From Desulfobacterales bacterium (GTDB lineage Bacteria > Desulfobacterota > Desulfobacteria > Desulfobacterales > UBA2174): 64,000 bases of DNA. How positions within the stretch are numbered: position 1 is the stretch's first letter; every line of letters begins with the position of its first letter. The stretch covers positions 256,001 to 320,000 of the forward strand of contig CAXXWC010000010.1 in the NCBI GenBank assembly GCA_963668645.2, given 5' to 3'. Below, piece after piece: positions 50,399-59,105 of this stretch. Position numbers and translations under genes: made by a program. The notes under the pieces were generated by a model. It saw only the letters and a list, made by a program, of their open reading frames with translations. It did not search any database and was not told where the DNA came from.

Positions 50399-51727
50399 TC
50401 AGGTATTCTGGATCAGATCGGAAACGACCGCATCCAACATTTCCTGAGAAAACTCGATCCCCGTACCGATGCTCGCCAGATCCAGCAAATTCTCTTCGCT
50501 CAACTGGGGGCTCATGAGAATAAACAGCGGCTGGATTCCGAAAACGGCTGCGATGGCCTGGCGACGCTCCCACCATGCTGTGACAGCCGAATCATCGTCT
50601 TGCAGGTCGAATTGGCCGAAGATCGGTTGGCGCGGGGCCCACGGGCTGAATACGCCGGATCCGGCCAGGGCAATCTCACCACTGAGCGAGGCGATGCCGT
50701 CCAGAATCGATGCAACGTCTGTTTTGCCGGCCTGGGCGCTGAGAACGGCGACAGCTTCGGGGTCCACGCCCTGTTTTGCACAAGCCCTGAGAATCTGGCC
50801 CGCCCCGGCAGCGTCAAGTCCGGCGGCCTTCAGTGCCCATAGGGCCGGAAGGTCGCTGACCAGCACGCCCGGTTCGGCAATCGTTGTTTCCTCTAAACGG
50901 GAAGGGTCCTCATCCAGATATAAAAAGGTGTTGGTGGCGCAGGGGGTAAAATAGTCGGAGCTGTTTCGGTGCACCACCGGTGCCATCCATTTTTCCAGAT
51001 CGGCATCGCCGATGCCGGCGGCAACCGCGCCAAGACCCTGGTTTGCCGCCACGCCATCTGCCTTTATGGCTTCGAGAATTTCCATAGAGCGTTCGGCAAA
51101 ACGCACGGAGTCAGCGACTTCGATAAGCCCCATGCCGCGGAACGCAAGCCCTTTCAGGTTTTTGGCCCCGAAACATTTCCCGATGCCAAACCGGTCCGGA
51201 CTGCTCCAGTGGTTGTAGCAAACCTGTGCAAAATCCGATTTGTTCTCGCCGGCCGGTCCGATCATCATGGTCTGAAGCAGATCGTCGCCGACCTTTTTTC
51301 TCAGGGCGTCTGTGCTTTCCCAGACATTTTTTCCCCAGATCTCGCCAGCGTCCACGATATCGGCCACACCGTCGTGAATCCAGAGGTATACCGGGCTGGC
51401 GGCAGAACCCCGCACAACGATAAAATCAAATCCGGAATATTTGATTTCGATGCCGACCTTGTAGGTTATCGGACAATGGGCCAATCGCCCGCTGCGGGGG
51501 CTTTTGGCGGTGATGACTGAGGCAGCCGAGGCCGGGCAGAGGGTCCCGGTCAGCAGCCCGGTGCCCACGACAATCGGTTCATCGTCTGCGTATGTGTCAT
51601 AAAGATGTTTGCCGATGGCTGCCCCGCCGATCTTTTTTTCAACCAGATCGGTGTCGAGTTCAACCTCTTCGGTTTGCCCGGCGGCCAAATCGACCAGAAG
51701 GATCTTCTCCGTGGAAAGGTACTCCAT
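50399..51727 (-). CDS. Shortened, degenerate aldehyde:ferredoxin oxidoreductase-like protein
   Basis: AOR N-domain motifs KILLVDL, KSPRSG, SGFDFIVVRG...PVYLWI, IGPAGEN, GAKNLKG. Only 442 aa. Confidence 0.8.
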   Translation of the reverse strand: MEYLSTEKILLVDLAAGQTEEVELDTDLVEKKIGGAAIGKHLYDTYADDEPIVVGTGLLTGTLCPASAASVITAKSPRSGRLAHCPITYKVGIEIKYSGFDFIVVRGSAASPVYLWIHDGVADIVDAGEIWGKNVWESTDALRKKVGDDLLQTMMIGPAGENKSDFAQVCYNHWSSPDRFGIGKCFGAKNLKGLAFRGMGLIEVADSVRFAERSMEILEAIKADGVAANQGLGAVAAGIGDADLEKWMAPVVHRNSSDYFTPCATNTFLYLDEDPSRLEETTIAEPGVLVSDLPALWALKAAGLDAAGAGQILRACAKQGVDPEAVAVLSAQAGKTDVASILDGIASLSGEIALAGSGVFSPWAPRQPIFGQFDLQDDDSAVTAWWERRQAIAAVFGIQPLFILMSPQLSEENLLDLASIGTGIEFSQEMLDAVVSDLIQNT

Positions 51728-51741
51728 TTGCGGCCTCCTTG

Positions 51742-52098
51742 TTATGCTGTGTAGCTAACGGCCCCCACCGGGCAAACACTCACGCACAGAGGGCCTGTGT
51801 CCAGATCTTGACAGAGGTCACAACCCTCTCTTAGCAGCATGGGTTTGGCAGAAGCGTCTCCCTCATTTTCGGAATCGCTTTCCTCTCCGATTCGATTGAT
51901 TTCCACTCCTTCCGGCCGGGCGATGACCAGATTTTCCTCCTCTTTGAGCATGACACCAAAATAGTCGGTTTTTTCGCGAGCGCGGTAGGCGACGATGCAC
52001 GACGACAGAAATGTGAACCCATCGTCCCGGTGGAATCCGCAGGCCATTTCACAGGCCATACAACTTGTGCAGGCGATCGCATCAATCTGAATTCCCAT
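51742..52098 (-). CDS. 4Fe-4S ferredoxin-like protein
   Basis: CTSCMACEMAC and CDLC-x7-CVSVCP. Confidence 0.82.
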   Translation of the reverse strand: MGIQIDAIACTSCMACEMACGFHRDDGFTFLSSCIVAYRAREKTDYFGVMLKEEENLVIARPEGVEINRIGEESDSENEGDASAKPMLLREGCDLCQDLDTGPLCVSVCPVGAVSYTA

Positions 52099-52401
52099 AA
52101 TTCGATCCCTTCATGGTTCACTGCATTCGGAGCAGATGAAACAGTCGGACCCGGACCTGGAGCAGAGGAACCTGAAACTGGAGGATCCATTTCCGAAGCG
52201 GCGCGGCGGCCGCAGAGAAAGAGCTGTCTCTGACAGGCTGTCAGCGCTGTTTCTGCCCGGGCCCTCTGCCGGCTCATTGGTCCTTTGACTTGCCAACAAC
52301 ACTACGGAATCGATCAATTTAATTTTCATATTTCGGGGGCTGACGAAATTGTCCTTAGCAAACAATGAAAAATATTGTCAAGAATAAATTTTCAAAAAGT
52401 T

Positions 52402-52418
52402 TAAACATCCGATGTTTA
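52402..52418. promoter_or_regulatory. Candidate GntR/FadR operator
   Basis: Perfect palindrome TAAACATC-C-GATGTTTA in the AT-rich divergent intergenic region. Confidence 0.7.
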
Positions 52419-52438
52419 TAAAGTTTATAAATTTTCAC

Positions 52439-52468
52439 TTGACAGGGCCGGCCGCCTGGACTAAGAAT
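52439..52468 (+). promoter_or_regulatory. sigma70-type promoter of gntR and the right arm
   Basis: TTGACA followed 17-18 nt later by TAAGAAT. Confidence 0.5.
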
Positions 52469-52506
52469 AAATTGTATGTTCAGCGTCGGTTGTTGAAAGG
52501 ATTACG

Positions 52507-53262
52507 ATGTTCAAAACGATTAAAACCATTCGAGTTTCACAGAGTGTTGCCCACCAGATTCGCGATCTGATCATAGGGGGAAAACTGGCGCCGGGTCAGC
52601 GGCTGCCATCTGAAAAGGATCTGTCAGAGAAACTCGGCGTGAGCAAGTCCATGCTGAGGGAAGCCATTCGGATTTTGGAGACCCTTGGCATGATCACCGT
52701 CCGCCAGGGGGTTCAGGGGGGGGCTTTTGTCTGCGAGATCGACGGCAAAACCGTCCAGGAGCATCTGTACAACTACCTTTTCTTCCAAGACCCTCACATC
52801 AAAGACTTTACCCAGCTTCGGCTGATGATCGAACCTTCGGTCGCCAAAATCGCTGCCCAAAAAATCACCGACAAGGATGTGGCAGAACTCGACGACCTTT
52901 TGGTGCGCACCAAAAACGAATTGGACAAGGACGAATTCTTCTACGAGCTTGACAATACCTTCCACCACAAGCTATCTGAATTAACTGGCAATCCAGTGAT
53001 CGTTTTCGTCGTTGATTCAATGAAGGCGGCGGTGGCGCACATCAAAAAGGCCCGGAAGACCATTCCACGCTCATTTTTTTTCGAGGTCTACGAGGCGCAC
53101 CTGGAGATTGTCGGGGCGTTGAAAGCCCGTGATCCCGAAGGCGCCCAACAAGCAATGCGCAAACACATCAAGGAAGTGGAGGTGACGCTGGACTATTCGA
53201 ATGGAGATATGGCACCGGCTTTTGCTGCCGATCTAGTCTCCACCGCACAATCCGATATTTGA
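52507..53262 (+). CDS. GntR/FadR-family regulator (FCD domain)
   Basis: PGQRLPSEKDL..LGVSK..LREAI wHTH, R..IEP, D..FH, TGNP, H..IV.A. Confidence 0.93.
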   Translation: MFKTIKTIRVSQSVAHQIRDLIIGGKLAPGQRLPSEKDLSEKLGVSKSMLREAIRILETLGMITVRQGVQGGAFVCEIDGKTVQEHLYNYLFFQDPHIKDFTQLRLMIEPSVAKIAAQKITDKDVAELDDLLVRTKNELDKDEFFYELDNTFHHKLSELTGNPVIVFVVDSMKAAVAHIKKARKTIPRSFFFEVYEAHLEIVGALKARDPEGAQQAMRKHIKEVEVTLDYSNGDMAPAFAADLVSTAQSDI

Positions 53263-53427
53263 GCTCTGCGGAATAGACGATTTAAGGGCATTAAATCCGT
53301 TCTACGGACCATTTCGGGGGAAATGACACAGGCGGATGCTGTCTCGGGGTGATGTTGTGCGCTGTAAAAAGCGCCCCGGGCAGAGGACGTAACCCCAAAG
53401 GCTGTCCAAAGAATGGAGGAATGTGCC

Positions 53428-54873
53428 ATGAACGAGGCAGTAACATCCCAGAAAGAGGCTCTCCCCACAATCCAGGCGTTGAAAAACATTGTCGGCGAAA
53501 AAAACGCCACGGATCACAAGCACATCCGCTACGCTTATTCCTACGATCTGAGTTTCGTCAAACGGAAAAATCCCGATTTCGTCGTCATGCCGACCACCGT
53601 CGAGCAGGTCCAGGGAATCATGCGCTTTGCCAACCGCGAAAAGATTCCTGTGGTCCCCTTTACGGCGGGGAGCAATATCGGCGGCCTTTGCATTCCCGAG
53701 CGGGGCGGCATTCTGATGGACCTGAAGCGGATGAACAAAATCATCCGCATCGACACCGAGTCGCATTACGCCGTCATCGAACCCGGGGTCTCCCACGCCA
53801 AACTCGCCGCAGCGCTTTACGAACACAAGCTGCGCTGGAGCTGGCCCGTCGGACCGCCTTCATCCTCTGTTTCTTCAAATGCCATCTGCCACGGCATCGG
53901 CGGGCTCAGCGGCCGCTACGGCCTGAACAGCGAAGAGATCACCAGCATCGAGGCAGTCCTGCCTGACGGGACCCTTATCCGCGCTGGAAGCTGTGCCATC
54001 CAGGAAGACAGTTGGCATAGCTGCCTGCCCCTGCCCCGGGTGGACGGTCTTTTCCCCGGTTGGCTGGGCACCACGGGGATCGTGACCAAAATCGGAGTGC
54101 GGGTCCATCCCATCCCGCCGGTGCTCAAGGTGTTCACCGTTTCAGCAGAGAACATCGAAGACATGGCCGCCTATATGCGCAACCTCGGCAATTACGAAAT
54201 CTGCGATGATCTCACCGGCGTTTCCTGGTGGCTTTCCCAGGTGCCCATTCCTTATCCATACATACCCAAGCCTCAGGGAGAACCGGAGTGGGTCAGCTTC
54301 GGCACCACCTTTTCCTGGACAGAGAAAGAAAAGGAGGCTCGGGAAGAAATCTGGGAGGCTGTCGTCGAAGAGGAGCAAAAGAGAGGCACCTCTGTGAAAA
54401 AGGCGGTCTATCCGGAAGAGGCACTCAGGGCAAGGACCCAACTGCCGAGCCAGATCGTCGGCTCGACGAAGAACTACACCAAAATGGCCGGCGGCGGCAT
54501 CTCCTGGCCGGGGACGTTCACCCCCCTGAACAAGTGGGCTCCCGTCTACAACGAATGGAAAAGAATTCTCACCGCTCAAAACCTTTCTCCGGCAACCCGG
54601 GTGACCAACTACCGCGGCGTTCACTATGGAATGCTGCGGGTGATGATTCCGTTTCCGAAGAAGGATCCGGAAGCCACTGAAAAGGCGCGCCGTGCCATCG
54701 TCGAATGTCTGAAAGTCGACCTGGACAACGGGGGCATTCCCTACAAGCCACCGGTCGATTTCGGCCTCGAGATCAACAGGCGTGCGCATCCCGGGTATAT
54801 CGATCTGCTGCGACGGGTGAAGCAGATGCTGGATCCCAACGACATCATGAATCCGGGCAAACTAGCGATATAA
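53428..54873 (+). CDS. FAD-binding oxidoreductase (VAO/GlcD superfamily)
   Basis: PDFVVMP, GSNIGG, DLKRMNKI, IEPGV, GTTGIVTK, LDPNDIMNPGKL. Confidence 0.88.
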   Translation: MNEAVTSQKEALPTIQALKNIVGEKNATDHKHIRYAYSYDLSFVKRKNPDFVVMPTTVEQVQGIMRFANREKIPVVPFTAGSNIGGLCIPERGGILMDLKRMNKIIRIDTESHYAVIEPGVSHAKLAAALYEHKLRWSWPVGPPSSSVSSNAICHGIGGLSGRYGLNSEEITSIEAVLPDGTLIRAGSCAIQEDSWHSCLPLPRVDGLFPGWLGTTGIVTKIGVRVHPIPPVLKVFTVSAENIEDMAAYMRNLGNYEICDDLTGVSWWLSQVPIPYPYIPKPQGEPEWVSFGTTFSWTEKEKEAREEIWEAVVEEEQKRGTSVKKAVYPEEALRARTQLPSQIVGSTKNYTKMAGGGISWPGTFTPLNKWAPVYNEWKRILTAQNLSPATRVTNYRGVHYGMLRVMIPFPKKDPEATEKARRAIVECLKVDLDNGGIPYKPPVDFGLEINRRAHPGYIDLLRRVKQMLDPNDIMNPGKLAI

Positions 54874-55087
54874 CCGCGCGCCGGCCACCCCCGCACGGGG
54901 CGGCGTTCGGTGGTGGTTTGGGGCCGCCCCGGCGGCCCGGGACAACCTGGCCGGGCGTGCGTTGCAGTAAGTTGGAAACCGGTGCAGTCAAGGACGCCGG
55001 AACATGCCGGTGTACGATCACCCCTCCCGGATTGGTGACAGGAAAATCCGGGGCATCTCACCTCAAGCAGATAAGGAGTAACGCGAA

Positions 55088-56581
55088 ATGGCACTGTTAG
55101 AAGAACCGATCAAAGGCAAGCCGTTGGTCAAAAACTACGTCGACGGCGAATGGGTGGAATCCAAGGGCGAAACCGTCGAGGTCGTCAATCCGGTAAACAA
55201 CGAGGTCATCGGGTACGTCGGCATCTCCACGGAAGAGGAGATCAACGAGGCCGTGGCCGCGGCCAAAGAAGCCCAGATCGAATGGCGCCGGACGCCGCCT
55301 GTGGCCAGGGCCCGCTACCTGTACCGGCTGCTGAACCTGCTGGAGGAAAACTTCGAGGAAATCAGCCGTATCCAGACGCAGGAGCACGGGAAAACCATCG
55401 ATGAATCCCGTGGTGAATCCCGCCGGGGCATCGAAAATGTGGAAGTGGCCTGCGGTATCCCGAGCCTGATGATGGGAACCAGTTCCGAAGACATCGCCTC
55501 GGGCATCGATGAATACCTCATGAGGGTGCCGGTGGGGGCCTTCGGTATCATCGGCCCCTTCAACTTTCCTTTCATGATTCCCCTCTGGTCTGCGCCATAC
55601 GCCGTGGCGACAGGCAACACCGTAGTGGTCAAGCCCTCCAGTGAGGTGCCCTTCAGCCAACTGAAAGTCATGGAGCTGATCGACGAGGCCGGTTTCCCGC
55701 CGGGAGTCTGGAATACGGTCAACGGCGGGCGCACCGTCGTCAAGGGCATGCTGGACAACGAGAAACTCGAAGGGATTACCTTCGTCGGCTCCACGCCGGT
55801 GGCCCGTGACGTTATCTACCCCGGCTGCGGGCAGACCGGCAAACGCTGCATCGCCCAGGGCGGCGCGGCCAACATCATGGTCATCATGCCCGACTGCAAC
55901 ATAAAACGCTCCATTCCCGGTTTGATGACCTCCTTTTTCGGAAACGCCGGGCAGCGCTGCCTGGCCGGCCAGACGCTGTGCATCGTCGGAGAAGACAACG
56001 GATTCTACCAGGAATTCGTCGATGCCTGCGTGGCGACGGCCAAAAACATCGTGATCGGCAACGGCCTGGATGAATCCGTACAAATGGGACCGCTCCGCGA
56101 CATCCGGAAAAAGGAAACCATCCTGGCAAAAATCGAGGCCGGTCTGAAAGACGGCGCCAAAATGCTGCTCGACGGCCGGACCAAAATGGACATTACAGGT
56201 GACTATCCGGACACCTGCTTTATCGGCCCGACGATCATGGACAACGTCGACCGCAGCAGCAATCTGGTGCGCGACGAAATCTTCGGCCCCACGATGGGCA
56301 TCATGAGGACCAAGACCCTGGAGGAGGCGATCGAAATCGTCAACGAAAACCCGTACCACAATTCAACCGCCATTTTTACCAGCAGCGGGAAAAATGCGCG
56401 CCAGTTCAGCTATGAGGTGGAATGCGGTGATGTGGGAATCAACATCGGCATTGTGGCACCCATGGCCTGGTTCCCCTTCAGCGGTATGAAAGGCTCGTTT
56501 TACGGCGTCAATCACACGCAGGGCCAGGAGGCGATTCGTTTTTTCACCGAAAGCAAAGTCTGCATCCACAGATGGATATAA
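55088..56581 (+). CDS. mmsA: CoA-acylating (methyl)malonate-semialdehyde dehydrogenase family
   Basis: EHGKT..RGIENVE.ACG.P, PFNFP.MIP, FVGST, AGQRCLA, EIFGP, FPFSG.K.SF.G. Confidence 0.85.
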   Translation: MALLEEPIKGKPLVKNYVDGEWVESKGETVEVVNPVNNEVIGYVGISTEEEINEAVAAAKEAQIEWRRTPPVARARYLYRLLNLLEENFEEISRIQTQEHGKTIDESRGESRRGIENVEVACGIPSLMMGTSSEDIASGIDEYLMRVPVGAFGIIGPFNFPFMIPLWSAPYAVATGNTVVVKPSSEVPFSQLKVMELIDEAGFPPGVWNTVNGGRTVVKGMLDNEKLEGITFVGSTPVARDVIYPGCGQTGKRCIAQGGAANIMVIMPDCNIKRSIPGLMTSFFGNAGQRCLAGQTLCIVGEDNGFYQEFVDACVATAKNIVIGNGLDESVQMGPLRDIRKKETILAKIEAGLKDGAKMLLDGRTKMDITGDYPDTCFIGPTIMDNVDRSSNLVRDEIFGPTMGIMRTKTLEEAIEIVNENPYHNSTAIFTSSGKNARQFSYEVECGDVGINIGIVAPMAWFPFSGMKGSFYGVNHTQGQEAIRFFTESKVCIHRWI

Positions 56582-56600
56582 TCAGCAAGGAGAACTATCG

Positions 56601-57032
56601 ATGAGAATGCAAACCGCTTCCGAAACCCTAACCTACATGGAAACGCTTCAAAAACAGGCGACGGCCTTCTATGAAGCGATCTTGGAAAAGTACGGCAAGA
56701 ACGAGGAGGTGTTGAAGACCTTTATCAAGGAGAACAAGCGGTTCAACAGCGATATTATGTTCTCCTATCGTTCGGTGATCTCCGATGCCCTGGAAGGCTG
56801 TTATGCCTTCAACCTGGAATCCGACGATTTCGTGCTGGATACGCAGTTAAGCGACGGTCTGAGCTACAAAGACGCCATCGCCAAGGCCATCGGCGTGGAA
56901 GAGCGGCTGATCGCCTTCTACGAGACCGGGGCAGCACAGTCGGCGGATCTGATGGCCGACGTGCCGCGGGCAATGCTGCGCGTCGTCAAAAAACTGAAAA
57001 ACAAGCGGTTGCCCCAGCTATCGTCACTGTAA
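56601..57032 (+). CDS. Ferritin/rubrerythrin-like helical protein
   Basis: E..A..FYE and A...EE....FY repeats. AAGGAG RBS. Confidence 0.6.
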   Translation: MRMQTASETLTYMETLQKQATAFYEAILEKYGKNEEVLKTFIKENKRFNSDIMFSYRSVISDALEGCYAFNLESDDFVLDTQLSDGLSYKDAIAKAIGVEERLIAFYETGAAQSADLMADVPRAMLRVVKKLKNKRLPQLSSL

Positions 57033-57238
57033 CTGCCGGCGGCGGTCCAGAAAGGGCCGCTGCCGCAATGCCGATGCCGGTGGCGGATCGCGCTGCGGGG
57101 TAAAATTGCCGCCAAGCGCAACTGCGAATTGGCTGGGGCAGGTTCGAGAATATCTCCCGGCAGCGGATCCGTCACCCCATATCGCTGCATGTCGACCGGC
57201 TCGGGCTGGCCGCGCAGGAAAAAACAAAAGGAAAAAAG

Positions 57239-57424
57239 ATGAGCCAAAAGAAACGCAAATCCTGCCCGATCAGACATGTCAATTTCTATATCGTAACCCA
57301 GGAGGATGGGACGCACAAAATCAAGTGTGTCAACAGCAAGACTTGCGGTGATGAGTGCCCCTATTTGAAAGATCCGAAGTACCAGTTCGAGTACAATCGG
57401 GCACCTCAGTTTACCGCAAAATAA
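57239..57424 (+). CDS. Small four-Cys hypothetical protein (61 aa)
   Basis: AAAGGA upstream. CP-x19-C-x5-C-x3-CP pattern. Co-oriented within the operon. Confidence 0.6.
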   Translation: MSQKKRKSCPIRHVNFYIVTQEDGTHKIKCVNSKTCGDECPYLKDPKYQFEYNRAPQFTAK

Positions 57425-57579
57425 CAGACAATGACGGCCTGAAGAACAAAGCATCCAGGAACAGCTCCCGCTCCAGCGACGACGGCGACATCTCCTATCA
57501 GGTATCCTGGACAGCTATTTGACAACCATTTTCCTGATTGACGGCACTTACACATCAATAGGTAAATGGAGGCTGAAAA

Positions 57580-58890
57580 ATGAACTGGAACATTCCCCAA
57601 CTGGAGGACCTGGAAGAGAAGATCTGGCGGTGCACGGCCTGCGGTAACTGCAAAGCCGCATACACTTACGGCCCGCCGCCGACATTTGGCGAAATCTGCC
57701 CGGCCGGAGTCGAATTCGGCTTCGACGGCAATTTCGCCTCCAAAGGGAAGATGGCGTTTGCCCGGGGCATCCTCGACGGTGAACTGCCCTGGACCCCGGA
57801 GTTTGTCGACGCCATTTACAAGTGCACGGTTTGCGGTGGCTGCCAGAACCAATGCGAACTGGACCACAAGCCGTTCATCCCGGAGATTATCGAGGCCATG
57901 CGCAGAAAAGCCTTCGATGACGGCGCCGGCCCCATGCCGAGCCAGAAGGTGATCGCACAATCAATGGCCAGCTTCGATAATCCCTACCAGGGGCCCCGCC
58001 GGGTTCGAACCGACTGGACCCGTTCCCTTAAAAAAGCGGGCAACCCGGTCAAAGACATCATGAAAAAGGGGGCGCCGATCCTTTATTATGTCGGATGCAC
58101 CGGTGCCTTCAACCTGCCGGTACGCAACCTGCCGGTGGCAACGGCCTCGATTTTCCAAAAACTGGGCCTCGATTTCGGGATTCTCGGAGAAAACGAGGTC
58201 TGCTGCGGATCGACGGCCATGCGCCTGGGAGACCACAACGCTTTCAAGCGTGTGGCAAGCCACAACCTTGAACTGTTTAAAAAGCTAAGAGAGGAAAAAG
58301 GGGTCAAAACGATCGTGACCTCCTGTGCCGGGTGCTACCGGGCGTTCAAAAAAGACTACAGCATGTCGGACCAGTATGAAGAGATGATCGGGGATATGAA
58401 GATCATCCACACGGTCGACTTTCTCTACGATCTGTGGGAAAAGGGCGAACTCCAGTTCACCAAGGAAGTGCCCTGGAAGGTGACCTATCACGACCCCTGC
58501 CATACCGGCCGCCACCTGACCCACTATAAAATCGACGAAGACGGCAGCGTCCAGTGGGCCGGTTCCTACCTGGGGCAAGACCGGAGCGACTGCCTTTATG
58601 AACTGCCCCGCGACATGCTCAAAGCCATACCGGGAATCGAGCTGTACGAGATGCCGCGCAACCGTGACAATTCCTACTGCTGCGGCGGCGGCGGCGGCTG
58701 CATGACCGGGTTTCCGGACTGGGCGGCCAAAAACGCCAGCCTGCGCATCGAGGAAGGCCTGAGCACCGGCGCCGAACAGATGGTCTCCATCTGTCCGTTC
58801 TGTCATTACAACCTCAACCAGGGCTCCAAACGGATCCAAAGCCCGATGAAGCTCTATGATCTTGTCGAGCTGATCGATATGGCAACCTGA
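57580..58890 (+). CDS. HdrD/GlcF-like Fe-S oxidoreductase (two 4Fe-4S plus two CCG domains)
   Basis: CTACGNC..CP, CTVCGGCQNQC, GC..CCG..CAGC, YHDPCH..CCGGGGG..CPFC. Confidence 0.9.
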   Translation: MNWNIPQLEDLEEKIWRCTACGNCKAAYTYGPPPTFGEICPAGVEFGFDGNFASKGKMAFARGILDGELPWTPEFVDAIYKCTVCGGCQNQCELDHKPFIPEIIEAMRRKAFDDGAGPMPSQKVIAQSMASFDNPYQGPRRVRTDWTRSLKKAGNPVKDIMKKGAPILYYVGCTGAFNLPVRNLPVATASIFQKLGLDFGILGENEVCCGSTAMRLGDHNAFKRVASHNLELFKKLREEKGVKTIVTSCAGCYRAFKKDYSMSDQYEEMIGDMKIIHTVDFLYDLWEKGELQFTKEVPWKVTYHDPCHTGRHLTHYKIDEDGSVQWAGSYLGQDRSDCLYELPRDMLKAIPGIELYEMPRNRDNSYCCGGGGGCMTGFPDWAAKNASLRIEEGLSTGAEQMVSICPFCHYNLNQGSKRIQSPMKLYDLVELIDMAT

Positions 58891-58914
58891 TACCGCTGTC
58901 TTACACCGATAAGA

Positions 58915-58965
58915 TTCGAAGGGGGGCCCGATTGACGCGATTGCTGAAAAACGCCCCCTTTCGAA
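58915..58965. other. Intergenic stem-loop
   Basis: TTCGAAGGGGGGC ... GCCCCCTTTCGAA. Confidence 0.4.
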
Positions 58966-59105
58966 TTTATCCCGGGAAGCAAACCTGAAAAGCAGGAGAC
59001 AGGGTAACCAGGGTTGCCGGTGAAAAAGGCGGTTTTAAATGAACGGCGTTTATTCCTCTGTTCGGACCTCAATTGCTAAAAGTCAGATGACTATGGAGGA
59101 TGAGC

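Noticed and set aside
52099..52365. Long leader of the left arm as a Moco/Wco riboswitch, or the 84-aa ORF 52111..52365
   Set aside because: No riboswitch consensus recognised and the ORF has no convincing RBS or motif. An Rfam scan would settle it.
53247..53260. Second GntR-like site ACAATCCGATATTT at the end of gntR
   Set aside because: Only one arm resembles the operator and it lies in coding sequence, so it is too weak to call.
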